Shown one piece after another: positions 10,912 through 21,391 of a stretch of DNA of 64,000 bases. Origin of the DNA: an uncultured bacterium (GTDB lineage Bacteria; Chloroflexota; UBA5177; JANWHV01); the NCBI GenBank assembly GCA_963827235.1, contig CAWHAE010000009.1, forward strand, positions 352,001 to 416,000, given 5' to 3'. The notes below the pieces were generated by a model that searched no databases, was not told where the DNA came from, and worked only from the letters and a program-made list of their open reading frames with translations. Each line of letters begins with the position of its first letter. Position 1 is the stretch's first letter. Made by a program: the position numbers and the translations under genes.

Positions 10912-11726
10912 CAGCGCCCGGTTAGGTCGAGGGTGAGCGAGACCTGAGGCCCCGTGTAGCCGTCCAGGCTGAGCTGCGCCAGCACCGTCAGCGAGGTGTT
11001 CTGATCGCTGGCCTTCGGCTGGTAAACCACTGGAAGCTGGCAGCGATACATGCCGTTTGCATTGGTCAGCGAGGTCGAGGTCAGGTCATTGCGGTAGCAG
11101 CTTATCGACGTGCTGTCCGGATAGACCAGCTTCGCCGTGACCTGGGCGCCCGGATCGCTGCTGATCTGGATGACCAGCACGGCGCCGTTGCGGATAGAGC
11201 AGGCAGCCTGGTCATCCGGGCACCAGGTCGTCATGTAGCGCGGGCGGGCGCGCAGCACGGTAGAGGCAAGCGGTGCCGTTTCCGCGATGGTCACGCTCCC
11301 GCTCACCATGTCGGGGTGACCCTTGTTGAGCACGGTGACGGTGAGCTGCGCCTGCGCGTAGCTGGTCACCGGGTTGTAGTGAATGGGCAGATTGGCCCGC
11401 GCGATACCCCTGGCGTTTGCCGTCACGGTGAGCACTCCTGATGGCGGGGCGGTCGTACCATCCGGGAACCTGAGCTGCACCTGGACCGCGGCGTATTTAC
11501 GCGTGCCAATCACGAGGTGCAGCGTGTCGCCGGACTGGATGGTGGAGCTGCATACGAGCACGTCGGTGCTGTCGCTGCTGTAGTGCACCGCGTGATCCGA
11601 CGTAGCACACGCGGGAACGGGAACGGTGTCGAGCGCCAGGCGAGCATGCGTATTGGCAGGGGTCAGCCCGACGCTGGACCACAGGAGTATCACGGTGGAC
11701 ACGAGAGCGGCGATGCGACGGGCCAT
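10911..11726 (-). CDS. Hypothetical exported Cys-containing protein with two related beta domains
   Basis: Signal peptide; V.L.FPDGT / AKLVYPDST and LPIHYNP / LPVVYQP internal similarity; stop overlaps the next start (TGATG). Confidence 0.7.
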   Translation of the reverse strand: MARRIAALVSTVILLWSSVGLTPANTHARLALDTVPVPACATSDHAVHYSSDSTDVLVCSSTIQSGDTLHLVIGTRKYAAVQVQLRFPDGTTAPPSGVLTVTANARGIARANLPIHYNPVTSYAQAQLTVTVLNKGHPDMVSGSVTIAETAPLASTVLRARPRYMTTWCPDDQAACSIRNGAVLVIQISSDPGAQVTAKLVYPDSTSISCYRNDLTSTSLTNANGMYRCQLPVVYQPKASDQNTSLTVLAQLSLDGYTGPQVSLTLDLTGR

Positions 11727-11910
11727 GGCGTGCACGCATTTCTTCCGGCTTCGGACCGGTCGTTGGGTCGACTATGATGGAATGTAGGTTCCCCTACGCT
11801 ATATAGTATGCAGCGCGCATTGCTGCGTTATTGCATATATGTAAACGTTGTGTAAAGGCTGCGCGAAACCGGGCAGATGCATGTCGCCGGACCGCCCGGA
11901 CGGTCCGGCA

Positions 11911-12846
11911 TCAGATTGGCCCCACCGCCGCGCGGGCGGCCCGCAGCCACTCTTCGGGGCAGTCGTCGGGCACCGAGCAGCCGGGAGCCACGATCAGCCG
12001 CCTGCCATCGCTCTGCGCCAGTGCATCCTGCATCTCCTTCCTGATCGCCTCGGCCGGGCCCGTGGTGATGGCACCGCGCTCGTGCAGACCGGCCATCAGC
12101 GTCATGTTCGGCAGCGCCTCGCGCATGCGACGCAACGAGACGCCCGTGTAGCGATCGCTCCAGCTCCACACCGATACCGGATAGCGCAGAAGCTCGCTGA
12201 ACAGCAAGTCGTACTCGCCATGCGCGTGCAACACGTTCAGCCAGCCCTCGCGCCAGGCGCTCAGCAGCAGCATGTCGTAGGGGCGGCCGAACTCCGCGAA
12301 CTGTGCCGGCGTGAACAGGCCGTTCCCCATGCCTTGAACGGAGAGAAAGATGCCGTCCGCGCCGGCATCCAGCAGCGCGCGCCCGAGACGCGCCAGGTTG
12401 TCCGCGATCACCGCCAGGGCACCGTGCAGCGTGGCAGGTTCCTCGGCGATGTGGGCGCGCACGCGATCGATGCCGGCGAAGGAGACCGCCTCGGTGAGCG
12501 GCGAGAAGAGTGTGCTGATCACCGGCACGTCCGGCCCCACCGCGGCGCGCACCCGGCGCACGGTTTCCACCTGCCGGCCGAAGTTGCCCGCGTCCACGGG
12601 CAACGGCGTCAGCAGATGCCACTGGTCGGCCGACTGGATGGCGTCGCGCGGAAACGGATAGGGAAGGTCGGGCATCACCTTGAAGATGTCCAGATCGAAG
12701 CGGCCGAAGAAGTCGAGCGTCGCCTCGGCCAGAGCCCGTGCCGAGCCGCGAGGCCGGAAGTGGTGCCAGAACGCGATCGGCGGCCTGTCAAGCTCCTCGC
12801 CGCCGATCGCGGCCAACACACGCTCACGTTTCGTCATTCCGCTCAT
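11911..12846 (-). CDS. Uroporphyrinogen decarboxylase (URO-D) superfamily protein
   Basis: MTKRERVLAAI..DRPP, TLFSPLT, GADGIF, LHAHG, IVAPGCSVP. Confidence 0.88.
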   Translation of the reverse strand: MSGMTKRERVLAAIGGEELDRPPIAFWHHFRPRGSARALAEATLDFFGRFDLDIFKVMPDLPYPFPRDAIQSADQWHLLTPLPVDAGNFGRQVETVRRVRAAVGPDVPVISTLFSPLTEAVSFAGIDRVRAHIAEEPATLHGALAVIADNLARLGRALLDAGADGIFLSVQGMGNGLFTPAQFAEFGRPYDMLLLSAWREGWLNVLHAHGEYDLLFSELLRYPVSVWSWSDRYTGVSLRRMREALPNMTLMAGLHERGAITTGPAEAIRKEMQDALAQSDGRRLIVAPGCSVPDDCPEEWLRAARAAVGPI

Positions 12847-13105
12847 GCCACTCGCTCCTTCACATTCATATGGATGTCGTCGTGGCCAGCTCCCACGTCA
12901 CTCGCCACTCGCCGAAAGAGCGCGGTGCCCGGGCGGCAGCGCGGGTCGAGGAAACGAACGGCCGGCACCTCTTATGTTACATGCCTGGTGCTCCGGCGCG
13001 CATGCGCCGTGCCCGCTTGCACCACCCTGTCCATCGGAGGATGATGGTGATCGGTGGTACGGCACCGGCACGCCCGCGGCCGTACGGGCACGGAGAGGAG
13101 GCACG

Positions 13106-13594
13106 ATGATCGGCGACGACGTGGTGAGAGCCCAGGTTCTCGAGCTTCTACGCGGCGGCAGCGCCTACATGACCCTCGACGAGGCCGTGGCCGACTACCC
13201 CATGGCGAGCATCAATACGAGCATTCCCAACGGCACGTACAGTCCATGGCACCTGCTGGAGCACATGCGGCTCGCACAGGAGGATATTCTCGAGTTCATG
13301 ACGAGCTCGGGCTACGTCGAACGGCGCTGGCCCCAGGACTACTGGCCGGCCGCGGACGCGACCGCTACCGCGGAACAGTGGCAGCAGACGATCGACCGCA
13401 TCCGGGCCGATCGGGCCAGGATCGAGCAGATGGCTGTCGATCCCGCCGTGGATCTCGCCCAACGCATACCCTGGGGCACCGGGCAGACGATGCTGCGCGA
13501 GTTTCTCCTGGTGGCAGACCACAACGCCTATCACGTGGGTGAGTTCGGCCTCCTGCGGCAGGTGATGGGCACCTGGCCGCCTGGCCACGTCTAG
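13106..13594 (+). CDS. DinB family protein
   Basis: SPWHLLEHMRLAQEDIL..YWP..LREFLLVADHNAYHVGE; RBS GAGGAGG. Confidence 0.88.
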   Translation: MIGDDVVRAQVLELLRGGSAYMTLDEAVADYPMASINTSIPNGTYSPWHLLEHMRLAQEDILEFMTSSGYVERRWPQDYWPAADATATAEQWQQTIDRIRADRARIEQMAVDPAVDLAQRIPWGTGQTMLREFLLVADHNAYHVGEFGLLRQVMGTWPPGHV

Positions 13595-13774
13595 CGCGGC
13601 GTCACGCCTCGCCACCGCCGCCATCGCAGCCCGCGCACCCGGCGCCGCGCAGGCCGGTGATCGGCCTGCGTGTCCCGGACGTACTAGCTCACGGCACAGA
13701 TGGCCGTTGCGCCGGTGCGTACCCGAGAGACGGTCGCCGGCCGGCACGGCGCAAAGGAAGGGTACGGCGGCAGC

Positions 13775-14404
13775 ATGGAACACGCATCGCTCTATGGGTT
13801 TGATCCGCGACAGACGGCTCTCCGCGAAACGCAGCTCTGGGAAGCCTACTACGACCGGCATTGGATGCTCGCCATGCGTCGCCTGGTACAGCTTCTGCGC
13901 TCGCAGTTTGGCCTGGGACTCGCTCAGGCCATGCGCGCCGCCTTCTGGGGCACGCTGGCCGGAATCGCCTGGAAGCCGCGCCGGCACGACGTGGCGCGCG
14001 TCAAGTGGCTGATCAAGCGTTTCTACCGGGTACTGCGCGCGGCGACCGCTGCTCGCTTCAGTCTCGGCGCCGCGGCCGAGGCCGAGCTCCGCTACTGGTC
14101 GGTGCACCGCGCGCTCTCCGGTCTGGTGGGATCGCCCGAGCTGGTGGACGCCCTCGCCGCCATCTCGACGGCCGTCTACGGGTTGGCGCCGGAGCGGGTG
14201 CGGCCTGCCGCCGAAGCGCGAGCCCGCGCCTGCGACCTGGTGGACGAGATCACCGCCGGCCTCCGGGAGCCGGCGCTCGAAGCCTGGAGCGCCGTCACGG
14301 AGGCCCTGTGCGAGGCCTACACACGCCTGAAGGAGGAGCTCCCGGAGGCGGGCAGAATCGGCGCCGGCGGCAGGGGGCAACGGAAGGTCATGCAGTCCTT
14401 CTGA
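13775..14404 (+). CDS. Hypothetical helical protein
   Basis: Protein-like composition (FDP..ETQLWEAYY..AELRYWSVHR); no function assigned. Confidence 0.7.
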   Translation: MEHASLYGFDPRQTALRETQLWEAYYDRHWMLAMRRLVQLLRSQFGLGLAQAMRAAFWGTLAGIAWKPRRHDVARVKWLIKRFYRVLRAATAARFSLGAAAEAELRYWSVHRALSGLVGSPELVDALAAISTAVYGLAPERVRPAAEARARACDLVDEITAGLREPALEAWSAVTEALCEAYTRLKEELPEAGRIGAGGRGQRKVMQSF

Positions 14405-14497
14405 ACCGGCGAGCACCGTCTCGGCGCTATCCGGTCAACAGGCTGTGGGCGACCGGCGGGTGAGCGCCGCACCTCACGACATCCGGGCCCTCGACCG

Positions 14498-14677
14498 TCT
14501 CGATACTGGCGGCAGACGATCGACGGCCAGATTGCCGAGGCTTCGCGCGCCGGCGCCGGCGGCTTCGTCGTTTCCTGGTGGGGTAAGGGCAGCGTCGAGG
14601 ATGCCAACTTCGCCCTCATGCTCGAGCGCGTGGGCGCTTGGAATCGCCGCACTGGGGCTCGGAGCGCAGAGTGCTAG
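14498..14677 (+). pseudogene. Internal remnant of a GH99/GH71-like glycoside hydrolase
   Basis: Manual translation QTIDGQIAEASRAGAGGFVVSWWGKGSVEDANFALML resembles the I..QI..A..AGIDGF.VSWWG motif; no start context. Confidence 0.6.
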
Positions 14678-14837
14678 AGCAGTTGGGTCGGCTAGCCTGC
14701 GCTGTCCGGCTGCCGCGGATAGCAGAGAGTCTCAACCTCTCTGCTTCACGGGCGCAACGAATCGCAGGCGTTCGACGTCGCTTCTCCCGAGAGGGGGATC
14801 AGCGGCGCATTCAGTGCGCCGCGGCTGAGCGCGCCGC

Positions 14838-15830
14838 TTATCGCCGCCTATCCCAGCGCAGCATGCGCGGATCGAACGCCTCACGCAGGCCGTCGCCGAC
14901 GAAGGAGAAGCAGAGCACCATGGCCGTGAGGGCAAGACCAGGGAAGAGCGACTCCGTCCAGCTTATGTTCAGCACCTGGATTGCGTTGCTGATCATCAGG
15001 CCGATGCTGGCGTTCGGCGGCTGCACGCCCAGGCCAAGCAGGCTGAGCGTCGCTTCGTTGACCACCTGCGATGCCATGTCCAGCGTGGTCACCGTCAGCA
15101 CCAGACCCAGCACGTTGGGCGCGATGTGTGCCAGGACAATGCGCACCGTGGAGGCGCCGCTGGCGCGAGCGGCTTCGATGTAGTCGCGCTCGCGCAGCGA
15201 AAGCACCTCGGCCCGCACGTAGCGCGCCATCAGCGGCCAGCTCACCAGGGCCAGGGCGCCGCTCACCAGGGCCAGGCGTCCAAGGCCGCCGCCGGCGTCG
15301 CTCACGCTCGGCCCGAAGACGCCGGCCACCAGGATGGCCAGCAGCAGGCCGGGAAAGGCGAAGAGAGCGTCGGCGATTCGCGAGAGGACAAAGTCGATGG
15401 CGCCCCCGTAGTAGCCCGCTGCCAGGCCTATCGGCACGCCAAGCAGCACGTCCAGCACTTCCACGCCCACGGCTACGCCCAGCGAGACCCGCAGCCCGCT
15501 CATCAGACGGGCCAGGATATCGATACCGTCCTTGTCGGTGCCGAGCAGGTGGTCCGCGCTCGGTGCCGCGTTGGGATCGAGGTTGAAGATATTGGCGGAG
15601 GTGGCGCTCTGCCCGTAGACCTGCGGGCCGATGATTGCCACCAGCACCAGCACGATCAGCGCGCACAGCGCGGCGAGCGACAGCCGGTTGGCGGCGAAGG
15701 CCGACGCCGTGCGCCGCCAGAGCGGCCGGTCGCCTCCAACGAGCCCGCCGGCCTCCGGCGCGTCGCTCCCCGGATCCGCGGCCCGGGAAGGCAACGTATC
15801 TGTCGCGTCTATCCGCGGGTGGCGCCGCAT
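14838..15830 (-). CDS. Peptide/nickel ABC permease (OppC/DppC-like)
   Basis: HLLGTDKDG.D, EAA loop YIEAARASGAS, HIAPN. Confidence 0.93.
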   Translation of the reverse strand: MRRHPRIDATDTLPSRAADPGSDAPEAGGLVGGDRPLWRRTASAFAANRLSLAALCALIVLVLVAIIGPQVYGQSATSANIFNLDPNAAPSADHLLGTDKDGIDILARLMSGLRVSLGVAVGVEVLDVLLGVPIGLAAGYYGGAIDFVLSRIADALFAFPGLLLAILVAGVFGPSVSDAGGGLGRLALVSGALALVSWPLMARYVRAEVLSLRERDYIEAARASGASTVRIVLAHIAPNVLGLVLTVTTLDMASQVVNEATLSLLGLGVQPPNASIGLMISNAIQVLNISWTESLFPGLALTAMVLCFSFVGDGLREAFDPRMLRWDRRR

Positions 15831-15885
15831 GAGCCCCTATCCGCCGATGCCGCGAGCAGCCTGAAGCCTGCCGTCACCGGGCACA

Positions 15886-16824
15886 TCATTGCGCGCCGAT
15901 GCGCGGATCGAGCAGGCGGTAGAGCATGTCAGCCAGCAGGTTCATCAGCACAACCACCACTGCCACGACGATCGTGGCGCCCTCGACCACTGGGTAATCC
16001 CGCGCTTCGATACTGTTGACGGCGGCAAAGCCGACACCCGGCAGGTTGAAAACGTTCTCCACCACGAACGTACCGGTCACCAGACCGCCGATGGCCGGGC
16101 CCAGGAAGGTGATCACGGGCAGCAGTGAAGGCCGCAGCGCGTGGTAGTAGATCAGGCGGCGGCGCGAGATACCCTTGGCGCGCGCCGCGCGGATGAACTC
16201 CTCGCGCAGGGTCCCGATCATCGTGGTGCGCGTCAGGCGGGCCATGTACGCCGCGTTCCCCGCGGCAAGCACCGTGATCGGCAGCACGGCCTGCTGCACG
16301 GTGCCCCAGTTGGCTACAGGCAGCGAGGGATAGCCGTGCTGCTGCAGCCAGATGTCCACTGCCAGCAACAACGGGATGAGCACGAAGCTGGGCACCGAGT
16401 AGAGGATCAGCATGGCGGTCATGCTCAGCCTGTCGCCGAGCCGATTGTGATGCGCCGCCGCGAAGACCCCGGCGGGCACGCCGGCGGCCGTAGCTAGCAA
16501 CAGGGCCAGGATACCGATCGTGAAGGTCACCGGCAGCGCATCCCCCAGGATGGCCGCTACCGGCCGGCTGCCGTACTGGTATGAGTTGCCGAAGTCTCCG
16601 TAGCGCACGATGTGCCACACGTAGTCGCAATACTGCACCACCACCGGCTGGTCCAGATGATAGAAGTGAACCAGCCGGTGGTAGGTGGCAGGGTCATAAT
16701 GCAGGCCAAGCATGACCTTCACCGGATCGCCGGGCGCGGCATGGGCGATCAGGAAGGTCAGCAGCGTCACGGCAAACAGCACGAAGATCAGTCCGCAGAG
16801 GCGCCGGACCAGAAAGGCGAGCAT
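15886..16824 (-). CDS. Peptide/nickel ABC permease (OppB/DppB-like)
   Basis: APGDP, GDFGNSY, FIRAARAKG, VENVFNLPGVG, RDYPVV. Confidence 0.94.
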   Translation of the reverse strand: MLAFLVRRLCGLIFVLFAVTLLTFLIAHAAPGDPVKVMLGLHYDPATYHRLVHFYHLDQPVVVQYCDYVWHIVRYGDFGNSYQYGSRPVAAILGDALPVTFTIGILALLLATAAGVPAGVFAAAHHNRLGDRLSMTAMLILYSVPSFVLIPLLLAVDIWLQQHGYPSLPVANWGTVQQAVLPITVLAAGNAAYMARLTRTTMIGTLREEFIRAARAKGISRRRLIYYHALRPSLLPVITFLGPAIGGLVTGTFVVENVFNLPGVGFAAVNSIEARDYPVVEGATIVVAVVVVLMNLLADMLYRLLDPRIGAQ

Positions 16825-16841
16825 CGATTCTGACTCGGGAG

Positions 16842-18469
16842 CTACTGGATGGTGACGTCTGCCCAGTTCGGCGGAATGATCAGCGATCCGCCGCCCAGGG
16901 CGGTGAGGGCGAGACCCTTCACCTTTGGATTGATCAGCACGTTCGCCTTGCCCCAGTCGATCACGATGCAGCCGGCGGTATTCATGAGCAGTTGCTCCGC
17001 CTGTTGATACTTCTGGTAGCGCGCGGGGCTGTCGTGTGGCATGATGTCCGCCGCTTGGGTCAGCGAGTCGAAGGTCGCGTTACTGTAAAAGCCGTTGTTG
17101 AAGGCCACGCCGCTCTGGAACTCCAGGCTGAGGAAATCCTGCGGGTCCGGGTAGTCCGCACCCCACTGCACCGCCGAGAGATCGAAGTTGTGGTCGGTCA
17201 GAGCATTGGTGTAGGCGCCATGCTCGAGCTGATTCAGTCGCACGGTGATGCCCAGTACCTGCTTCCAGAACTCCTGCAGCGCCACGGCCTTGGTCTGGCC
17301 GTCGTTGTCTCCGCCGTCGACGTTCAGGGTGAGGGTCGGGAAACCCTTTCCGCCCGGGTAACCGGCCTGTGCCAGGAGCTGCTTGGCCTTGGTCTGGTTG
17401 AACGTCTCGCCTTTAAGATTCTTGTTGTAGCCCGGCATACCCGGCGGCAGCATGCCGTCGGCCGGCAGGAAGCGGTTGTCGAGCAGCCTGACGATCGTGG
17501 CGCGGTTGACGGCATACGAGAGCGCCTGGCGAACCAGCGGATTGTCGAGCGGCGTGCGGTGCTCGTTGACGACCAGAAACTCGGTGAAGAGCTGGGGAGT
17601 GGTGTGGAAGTCGGGCGTGCCCTGCACGTCCTTGAGGTGGTTGCCCGGGAAATTGATCATGCCCATGATGTCCAGGGCGCCGGTCTTGTAGAGGTTGTAG
17701 GCGGTCTCTGTATCCTTTATGAACTCCACGACGACGCCCGCCAGTTTTGGTGTGCCCTGCCAGAAGTAGGGATTGGGTGCCAGGTCGATTTCCTGGTTGT
17801 GCTTCCACTGCTTGACGATGAAGGGACCGGTAGCGGCGGCGTGCTCCGTCCAGTTACTACCGTATTTCTCCACCTGGTCGCGCGGCACCAGGAAGGCCAC
17901 GGAATAGGCAAGCTCGTCGAGAAAGACTGCCGCGGGCTGATCGAGTGTGATCTGCACCTTATTCGTGCCGATCGCCTTGAGTCCCTTCACCGTCTTGGCC
18001 TTTCCGTTGGCCATATCCAGGCCGCCTACGATGTGGCTCAGGTAGAAGCTGACGCCGCCCGCGGCATAGGCCGGGCTGAAGGCGCGAGTAAGCGACCACA
18101 CGACATCCTGCGCGGTGACGGGCGTGCCGTCACCCCATTTCAGACCCGGGCGGAGCGTGAACGTGTAGACCTTGCCGCCATTCGAGACCGTCCAGGAGGA
18201 TGCGGCGGCCGGCTGCACGCGCAGGTTCTGGTCCAGCCGCACGAGACCTCCGAAGACGAGGTTCTCCACCACGTCACTCTGCGCATCCCCGGCACTCGGT
18301 GAGGGAGGGTCTATGACGCCAGGTCGCTTTCACCCTCGTCCGAGATTCGCAGCACGCCGCCGGCCGCATGAGCCGGCGTCGCCACGCCGTGGGCGGCCAC
18401 CGGGCTGATCAATCCGAGCATGAGGCCAAGCGCGGCAGCAAGCCGTGCCGCCCGCGGTCGCATAGTCAT
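16842..18469 (-). pseudogene. OppA-like solute-binding protein with a single frameshift near 18314
   Basis: The signal peptide MTMRPRAARLAAALGLMLGL..PAHAAGG starts at 18469 and stops at TAG 18313-18311. Shifting one base gives IDPPSP..VVENLVFGGLVRLD and the full SBP_5 body (WGADYPDP). Confidence 0.8.
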
Positions 18470-18721
18470 TGGTCGTCCCCCTATTCCACACCTGCACGCT
18501 TACCCATGTAACCAATTGAAGTAGTGCATTCCGCTGTGATCACTGTACCTGATTCGCGATCGCCGCGCGCCTGAGACCGGCCTCGACCGTTCCGCTCTTC
18601 CGCACAGCGCGATCGCTTCTGTCCCTGGCCGCAGCGCAGCCGGATCGTCGCCGGCCTGTCGTGGACCATAGCGTATACGGCGATATTGACGAGTCTCCCG
18701 GACACCCTTTACGATGCGCCC

Positions 18722-19489
18722 ATGAGCGACCCGAGCAGCCCTGCCGAGCACGTCCTGCGCAACCGCGCCGCCTGGAACACCATGGCAAGCGAGTACGCCG
18801 CACCGGGGCGCAACGCCTGGCAGGAAGAGCCGCGCTGGGGCATCTGGCGCATACCCGATGCGGAGTTGCGGATTCTTCCGGACGTCGCCGACCTGGACAC
18901 GATCGAGCTGGGCTGCGGCACTGCCTACGTGTCGGCCTGGTTGGCCCGCCGTGGCGCGCGCGTCACCGGGATCGACAATTCGCCGGAGCAGATCAAGACG
19001 GCCCTGGCCCTGCAAGCAGAGTTCGGACTCTCCTTCCCGATCATCTTCGGCGACGCCGAGCACGTGCCGCTTCCCGACGCGCGCTTCGACCTGGCGATCA
19101 GCGAGTACGGCGCCAGCATCTGGTGCGATCCCTACCGCTGGATCCCCGAGGCGGCGCGCCTCTTGCGGCCGAGAGGCCGGCTGATCTTCCTCGTCAACGG
19201 CGTGATCCTCATGCTCTGCTCGCCCGATGCCGACGGCGTTCCGGCCGAAGATCGCTTGCTGCGCGACTATTTCGGCATGCACCGGTTCGAGTGGCCCGAT
19301 CAGATCTCAGTGGAGTTTCACCTGGGCCACGGCGATTGGATCCGGCTGCTGCGTGCGAACGGCTTCGACGTGGAGAATCTGGTCGAGCTGCAGGCGGCTC
19401 CAGGTGCGACCACGCGCTACCCCTACGTCACACCGGAGTGGGCGCGGCGATGGCCGTCCGAAGAGGTCTGGATCGCGCGCAAGCGTTGA
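18722..19489 (+). CDS. Class I SAM-dependent methyltransferase
   Basis: IELGCGTAY, GIDNS, GDAE..FDLAISEYGA, LRPRGRL. Confidence 0.92.
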   Translation: MSDPSSPAEHVLRNRAAWNTMASEYAAPGRNAWQEEPRWGIWRIPDAELRILPDVADLDTIELGCGTAYVSAWLARRGARVTGIDNSPEQIKTALALQAEFGLSFPIIFGDAEHVPLPDARFDLAISEYGASIWCDPYRWIPEAARLLRPRGRLIFLVNGVILMLCSPDADGVPAEDRLLRDYFGMHRFEWPDQISVEFHLGHGDWIRLLRANGFDVENLVELQAAPGATTRYPYVTPEWARRWPSEEVWIARKR

Positions 19490-19605
19490 GCGACTGAGCA
19501 CCAGAGGCAAAATCACATATTCGTCTGCTTCGCCCGCGTTGCACGGTTCTTCGGCGTTGAACGCGCTTACCGCGGTTGCACCGCGAGGACCGCCTGCGCA
19601 GGCCC

Positions 19606-21246
19606 TCAATCCAGCGGGAAGGGCGCGGGCAGCACGAGATCGACGTTGCGGTCGAGCGGAGAGCCGGCCTGGTTGGACTTGATGCCGCAGAGCGGATCGT
19701 TGGCCGCCAGCTCGCGGTGGATGGCTGCCAGTCGCAACACACCGCTCTCATCGGCCGGATCGATCGCCGCGGCATGATCGACCATCGTGCATAACAGCGA
19801 GAGAGTGCCGTCGCCGTTGGAGACAACCTCCAGCAACCGGGCCTGGCAGGGCCAATCCATCAACGACGAGGTCGTCACCTCCCAGAAACCGGCGGACCTC
19901 CCAGTGGGATCCGGTCGCGGCTTGACCGTATTGACGTGCGTGTGGCCGTTGACCCAGAGCACGACGTTGGGGAAACGGTGGACGAGCGCCTCGATTTCAG
20001 GTCCCAGCACCCGCGGCAGATCGCGCTCGCCTCCGGATGTCACCATGTCGTTCGACAGCGAGTCGACACCATGGTGTGAGATCAGCACGACCAGTCTGTC
20101 GGCGGCCGCGCACCGCACTCGACGGCCCGCGGCATCGAAGTACCTAGAATGAACCTCGGCAAGCCGGCTCTCCAGCCAGGCGAGCTGGGCAGCGCCGATG
20201 CTGCCGTGGTAGTTGCCGCCGGCGTTCACGGTGTCGAGCACCACCAGGCGGATGCCGTCATGCCTATCGTCCACGTAGAACGTCGATGGTCCTGAGCCGA
20301 CTCCGTGTCCCGCCGGGGAGCCGAGCGCCGCACGGTGTGCCAGCATGAATTCCGCGCGGTCGAAGTGCCGGCGCAGGGGATCCGCGGTGACCTCGCGAGC
20401 CGGACCGGCGAGGAAGATCTCCGGTGCCTGAATGTAGCTCTCGATCTGCTTCCTGATGTCGAAGCCGGGTGGCAGGGCCAACGGCTTTCGCCCGCCGGTG
20501 ACCAGGCGATTGAACGCCGGTGTAAAGAGGGCGGTGCCCTGAATCAGCGCGTCGTGGTTGCCCAGACAGGAGATCCAGGGGCGCGAGGATCCGGAGGCTC
20601 TGAACGGCTGGTAGGCCTCGGCGATCAGGCCGGGATAGGTGGGGAAGCCCCAGCGCTGCGCGTACTCGTCGCCGCCGCATTCGGGGTGCCAGTAGGCGCT
20701 ATCGCCCCATGCATCCGATGCCACCCCCTCGTAGGTCGGGCCTCCCGACTGTGGGAGGACGTCCGAGCCCTCCAGAAGGGAGATGGCCCAGCGCAGCTCG
20801 TTGACCTGACAGTTGTCCGTCAGGTCACCGGTGCAGACGAGGAAATCGACGTCCGCGCCCGAGGCGGGGTTCTTCCCGAGGGCGTTGATCGCGCGGATCA
20901 TGGCCTCGACTGCATACGGCTGCAAGAATTCCTGCGGCCGGTACGCCGGGGTCAACAGATGCATGAACGGCGGTCCCGTGAAGCGATTGACGAACTCGAA
21001 CCGGCCCGGCGACTGCTCGTCCTGTACATGGATATCGCTGATCTGCGCGAAGCTGAGCAGCGTACGCCAGCGTACGGCGTGCGGCGTGCCGGGCAGGAGA
21101 TCGAGCCGGCCGTAGTGCGACTCACCGGGACCGGCCGTGAGTCCGCGGTAGGGTCCTTGGGAGCCCGGCCTCTTCACGGCACCCGCCCGGATTGTCTGCG
21201 CCGAGGTCGTTCCCGCGAAGGCCGGCAGCCCGGCAAGCTCGTTCAT
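19606..21246 (-). CDS. Metallophosphoesterase (TIGR03767-like family)
   Basis: [46 protein letters not shown]. Confidence 0.88.
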   Translation of the reverse strand: MNELAGLPAFAGTTSAQTIRAGAVKRPGSQGPYRGLTAGPGESHYGRLDLLPGTPHAVRWRTLLSFAQISDIHVQDEQSPGRFEFVNRFTGPPFMHLLTPAYRPQEFLQPYAVEAMIRAINALGKNPASGADVDFLVCTGDLTDNCQVNELRWAISLLEGSDVLPQSGGPTYEGVASDAWGDSAYWHPECGGDEYAQRWGFPTYPGLIAEAYQPFRASGSSRPWISCLGNHDALIQGTALFTPAFNRLVTGGRKPLALPPGFDIRKQIESYIQAPEIFLAGPAREVTADPLRRHFDRAEFMLAHRAALGSPAGHGVGSGPSTFYVDDRHDGIRLVVLDTVNAGGNYHGSIGAAQLAWLESRLAEVHSRYFDAAGRRVRCAAADRLVVLISHHGVDSLSNDMVTSGGERDLPRVLGPEIEALVHRFPNVVLWVNGHTHVNTVKPRPDPTGRSAGFWEVTTSSLMDWPCQARLLEVVSNGDGTLSLLCTMVDHAAAIDPADESGVLRLAAIHRELAANDPLCGIKSNQAGSPLDRNVDLVLPAPFPLD

Positions 21247-21391
21247 GCGGTAGATTCTCCGTACACTGCAATCACTCAGGAACAACGAAGGATCCCGGGG
21301 AGTGCCCCGTCATCGCCCTGCTCGCGGGCACGAACCGGCATCGCGGGCATTGGGCACCTCTTTCGACTGGACCCGGCACGGCGAGTCGCCG

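Noticed and set aside
11800-11860. AT-rich patch with TGTAAACGTT as a LacI operator
   Set aside because: Only a half-site and no LacI gene nearby; more simply the promoter region of the exported-protein cluster.
11911-12846. Calling this hemE
   Set aside because: It lacks the RQAGR motif of true UroD; only superfamily membership is supported.
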